DNA of 64,000 nucleotides from Massalongia carnosa. Lineage: Eukaryota. The stretch lies in contig OZ287086.1 of NCBI GenBank assembly GCA_965645245.1, forward strand, positions 868,001 to 932,000, in the 5' to 3' direction. Position numbers and translations under genes: made by a program. Below are positions 59,824-64,000 of the stretch, piece after piece (position 1 is the first letter of the stretch; every line of letters begins with the position of its first letter). The notes beneath the pieces were generated by a model that made no database searches, had not been told where the DNA came from, and saw only the letters and a list, made by a program, of their open reading frames with translations.

Positions 59824-62800
59824 TGTAGTGCTCAACCTACTGGGTCGGGGAACCGTAAACAATGAAGTTGTGACGTTGTTCTTTAAGGTCGAAATCGTTC
59901 TAGTTATGATCGTTGAGCCATATCTACCGTAATCTTGAGTTTTGGGCTCAGACTTGCTACAGATTTGCTGCGTAGTCAGCCTGTTGACCCGAAGGGGCTT
60001 AACGTTCTGTAATGCTAACCCGTTGGGGCTTAGCCGGGCACGTCTGAGGTACTGAGGCAATCACTAAGGATCAAGTAGTCACTGATAACTAAGCAACGGT
60101 CTAGTAATCGCCCCAGTTATCCCATTAATTGGTCGAATCGCTTCCTGCCCATAGTACGAAAGATGACGCTGAAAGTCCTTGCTAGCGTACTTGAGACGTG
60201 CATTAGTGTTTATTAGCTTACAAGTGGAATATAGTACTAAAATAGTTTAGAAAATCTTAAATTGCTTCTGTTCTCGTCGTCAAAAGGACAGTAATACTAC
60301 ATCTGATATTCAGTAGAAAGTTTTAATTATCATCATCATCATGCCCAATGCACAGACGAATAGTCTCACGATTGCACAAAGAATACAGACTTTAGCGCTT
60401 GTAGAATACGGAATTGCGGCAAAAATCGTGCAAGCAGTGACTTGAGTCTCCACAAGATCGATTTCAGCTCTCAAAATCAAAGCAAGATAGCGTGGATATG
60501 ATCCAGCTGTATCTCGTGTTTTAGAAGTAGAATATATAGAAGATACACCTCGTGCAGGACGACCTAAAAAGTTACACCGGAGGTAGAGCAAGCTATATTG
60601 AATAATGTAGTGCAAGATCGAAATAGCAGAGAAAAATCATCAGCTATGATTAGCTTTAATCATAAACTCTCCTCCACAACTATACTTCCTACGCTTAAAC
60701 AGAATAGGTTTCGCCCCTGTAAAAGCACGAAAAAGCCAGGTCTAGATTCGATCATGAAAGAGGCTCGTCTGCAATTTTGTTTGCGATATCAGCACTGGAC
60801 TATTGATGATTGGAAGAACGTTATATAGACTGAAGAAGCAAGCATTATATTAGGTTCTAGACGTGGAAGAAGACTTCAGTGGCGTACCTCGAAAGAAATG
60901 TATGCTAAAACGTGTATTCTACGTAGATGGAAAGGATGCTCCGAGTTTTTGTTTTGGGGCTGTTTTTCGTACGATAAGAAAGGACCTTTTCATATCTGGA
61001 AAACAGAGACCGCAAAAGAGAATAGAGAGGCTCAAATTGAGTTAGATAAACTCAATGAGACTTTAGAATCAGAAGCTAAAGAGAATTGGGAGTTAGAAAC
61101 CAGCATGAGACGAATGAAGCTACGTAATCCAGGAGGTCGAAAACCTATCTGGAAATGGGATAAAACACACGGTAAAGTCGTTCTAGATGGCATGGGAGGA
61201 GTGGACTGGTATCGTTATCAAAAACTCGTCTTGATTCCTAAGCTTCTTCCGTTTGCAAAAGAATTTATGATAGATCGACCAAACACTATCGTATAGGAAG
61301 ACAAGGCCCCTAGTCACGCATCCAAACATCAAAATCTGATCTTTGTAGATTTCAACGTCATGCGTCTGTTATGGTCTAGAAATTCTACTGATCTTAACAT
61401 GATCGAGCCTTGCTGGTTCTGGATGAAGCGAAGAATCACTCGATTAGTGCTCCGCGAACTCGTTTTGAGGCTGAAAAGGCCTGGACAAAGTGATGGACGG
61501 AGGAGTTGACGCAGAAGAGAAATCAGTCCTGGATTAAACGTATAAAGCGACATGTTGACGAGGTGATATTGTTAGACGGAGGTAACGAGTATAGAGAAGG
61601 TAGAGAGATCGGAGTCGTACGACCGTATAATAAATATCTATCCATGCCAATATACCCATATAAAGTGGCTTTTGTAGCTGCATATTTAGCGTTAGCAAGG
61701 ACTTGCGGCGTCATCCTTCGTATACGTAACAGTACCCCCCTAGATCCTGTTCCTCTTGAATAATTCCAGTGTTTTTTTGGCGTTGTGTAGATTTTTTCCT
61801 GGTTCCCACGTGTCTTCTGTTTTGTCGTATCCTTTCCATGAAACCAGATATTTCCCGTCCTTGTGGTCGATGATTTTCTACACCTCATATTCTTTTGCTT
61901 TCTGTGGTTTCGTTGGCCATTTGGTGCAAAATAATTTTCGTGGATTGGCTTTGTCGAGAAGGCTGACATGGAACACTGGGTGAATCTTTTTTCCTTTTGG
62001 TAACTCCAGTTTATACGAGACTTTCCCTATTTTTTTCTTAACTAGGAATGGTCCGATTTTTATGCGGAAGAGTTTTCTGTTTTTTCTTCATTCTATGTTT
62101 CTGGTGTTTAGATATACTCTTTCTCCTTTTTCGATCTGTACATATTTTCTTTTTAGGTCTTCTTTTTCCTTCATTCTTCTAGCGATGAACTTTAGATCTT
62201 CAGCCAAAGCTTCTTGGAGTTGGACCATATCCTCGACTCGTCCTACTGCATACGGGTTCTTGGAAGTGGCAGAGGAGAGATTCTCCATCTCCCTTCCGTA
62301 GTTTGCGAAGTATGGTGAGTAACCCGTTGCGTCCGATTTGGTGTTGTTGTAGGTCATCATTGCTACTGGAAGTAGTTCTACCCAGTTGTCTTGTTTTTCG
62401 TTGATGTACATTCGTTTGTATTGTTCTAGGGTTTGGTTTACCCTTTCTGTTTGTTCCTCTGTTTGTGGGTGGAATACTGTGGACATCCTTCTTTCTATTC
62501 CCAGCATATCTGTTATTCCCTTCCACATTTTGGACGTGAATAATCGGTCTCTATCCGATATTATGCCCTTAGGGACTCCGTAATGTGATATTATTATCCG
62601 TTGAAAGATTCTGTTGAACTGTTCTGTGGTCATTGCTTTATTGCATGGGACGAACTCTGCAAACTTTGTGAGTTTGTCTACTATTACCCAGATGGAGTCG
62701 TAAGTTGTGCCTTCATCGTTCGCGCTTGGCGGGAAGTCTGTGATGAAATCTATTTATATGACTTCCCATGACCTGTTAGGTGTTCCTATGGGTTGCAGCA

Positions 62801-64000
62801 GGCCATGTTGTTTTTCTCTGGTTTTTTTGTTCATCCTGCACGGTACGCATTCTTCCAGGGATTTCGTTATCATTGTCCTCATTCCTGAGAAGTAATGTTT
62901 TCTTGATAGTAGTTCCCATGTCTTGTTTATGCCTGGGTATCCCATGTTTGGTGAGTCGTGGAATTTTTTGATGTATTCCTTTCTCAGACCTTTTGGTATA
63001 AAAATTCTGTTGCTTATCCATAAAATTCCGTCTTCAACCGTGTATCCATGTTCCTCTGGATCAGTCAGTAGGTTTTTCTCTTCTTCGTTGTATCCTTGTT
63101 TGATAATATCCTTCTCGTCGGTTTTTCCTTTCTGGTTCGCTGTATTACGCCAGTTCTAATCCGTTTTCTCTTTGAACAAAGTGTATCTTGGATTGTTTTT
63201 CTGGTAGTTCGTAATCTGACCTGCGGCTAAGTGCGTCCGCTCTTCCGTTGTCTTCTCCTTTGGTATACTTGATTTCGAAGTTATATTCTGATAACATTTC
63301 GGACCATTCTTGCTTGTCGCCTGGTCAATTCCTTGGATGTCGTAAAATGAATGAGGTTGTGATGATCACTGAAAACCGTAAATTTTTTGATCGTTCCTTC
63401 TAGGTATGGTCTCCATTCCTTGAAACAGTAAACAATAGCCAGTAGTTCCTTGTCGTGCACATTGTAGTTGGATTCTGCTGGTTGTAACTTCCTCGAGCAG
63501 TACGCCACAGGGTGACGTTGATCCTCATATACTTAAGTCAAACATCCCCCTATGGCCCCGTCTGATGCGTTTATCTCGACTATGCTTTCTCTTTGGGGAT
63601 CGTATGATCTGAGTATTGGTCCCGTGGTGAAGGCTTTCTTATAGTTCTCAAATGCTCTTTCGCATTCCTTTGTCCAATTCCAATTGACTTTCTTTTTTAG
63701 AAGCTCGAAGAGTGGCAAAATGATCTTAGAGTAGTTCTTTATCATTTTTTGATAAAATCCCGCTAGGCCGAGGAATGCTTGATCCTCTTTTACTTTTGTT
63801 GGCGTGGGCCATTCTTGCACCGCCTTAATTTTTTCTGGATCCATTTCGATACACCCTGGTGTGATAATAAATCCCAGGAATTTCACCTTCTTAACTGAGA
63901 ATGTACATTTCTTTATACTTAGTCTCAGGTTGTTCTCTTGCAGTTTCCCTAGAACTATTTCAACGTGTCGTTGATGTTCTTCAACTGTTTCGGAGTAGAT
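59824..64000 (-). mobile_element. Chromovirus-type Ty3/gypsy retrotransposon (3' part, runs off the window)
   Basis: RT end (FLGLAGFY), RNase H ([13 protein letters not shown]), integrase (IISDRD, HPQT..QTERVNQTLEQY) and chromodomain KYLVSWKGYDKTEDTWEP (~61760-61890). PPT AGGGGGG precedes a putative 3' LTR at 59824-61731. Confidence 0.9.
60220..61660 (+). mobile_element. Degenerate Tc1/mariner-like transposon in the gypsy 3' LTR (ends approximate)
   Basis: Transposase relic 60341-~61630 with RAGRPKK, WTIDDWKNVI, FWGCFSY, EDKAPSH and DLNMIEPCW motifs; many stops; TIRs not resolved. Confidence 0.82.

Overview
This 64-kb window has no recognisable host gene. It is a deeply nested transposable-element cluster, most likely from a filamentous ascomycete, judging by its Tad1-like LINEs, Fot1/pogo, Hop-like MULE, GalEa-like copia and chromovirus. 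I resolved most nesting by eye from target-site duplications (TSDs). It holds two Ty3/gypsy elements, five Ty1/copia elements, several LINE pieces, two pogo/Fot1 transposons (one with an intact 670-aa transposase), a MULE, a Tc1-like relic, a MITE family and many solo LTRs, separated by AT-rich, C-to-T-eroded spacers. Three observations stand out. (1) A ~2-kb non-coding passenger sequence occurs twice, each time fused at the same point (...TCATTCTTAGC) to a differently 5'-truncated LINE of a different subfamily. Each chimera has its own 14-15 bp TSD, and the passenger carries four tRNA T-arm/B-box hairpins. (2) A ~570-bp TRIM has a Tf1-type self-priming PBS and a tRNA-like Pol III unit split across the 5' LTR/internal junction. 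(3) A 2.2-kb TG...CA non-coding element is built around a 23-bp minisatellite. All coordinates and similarities were read by eye; no database search was run.
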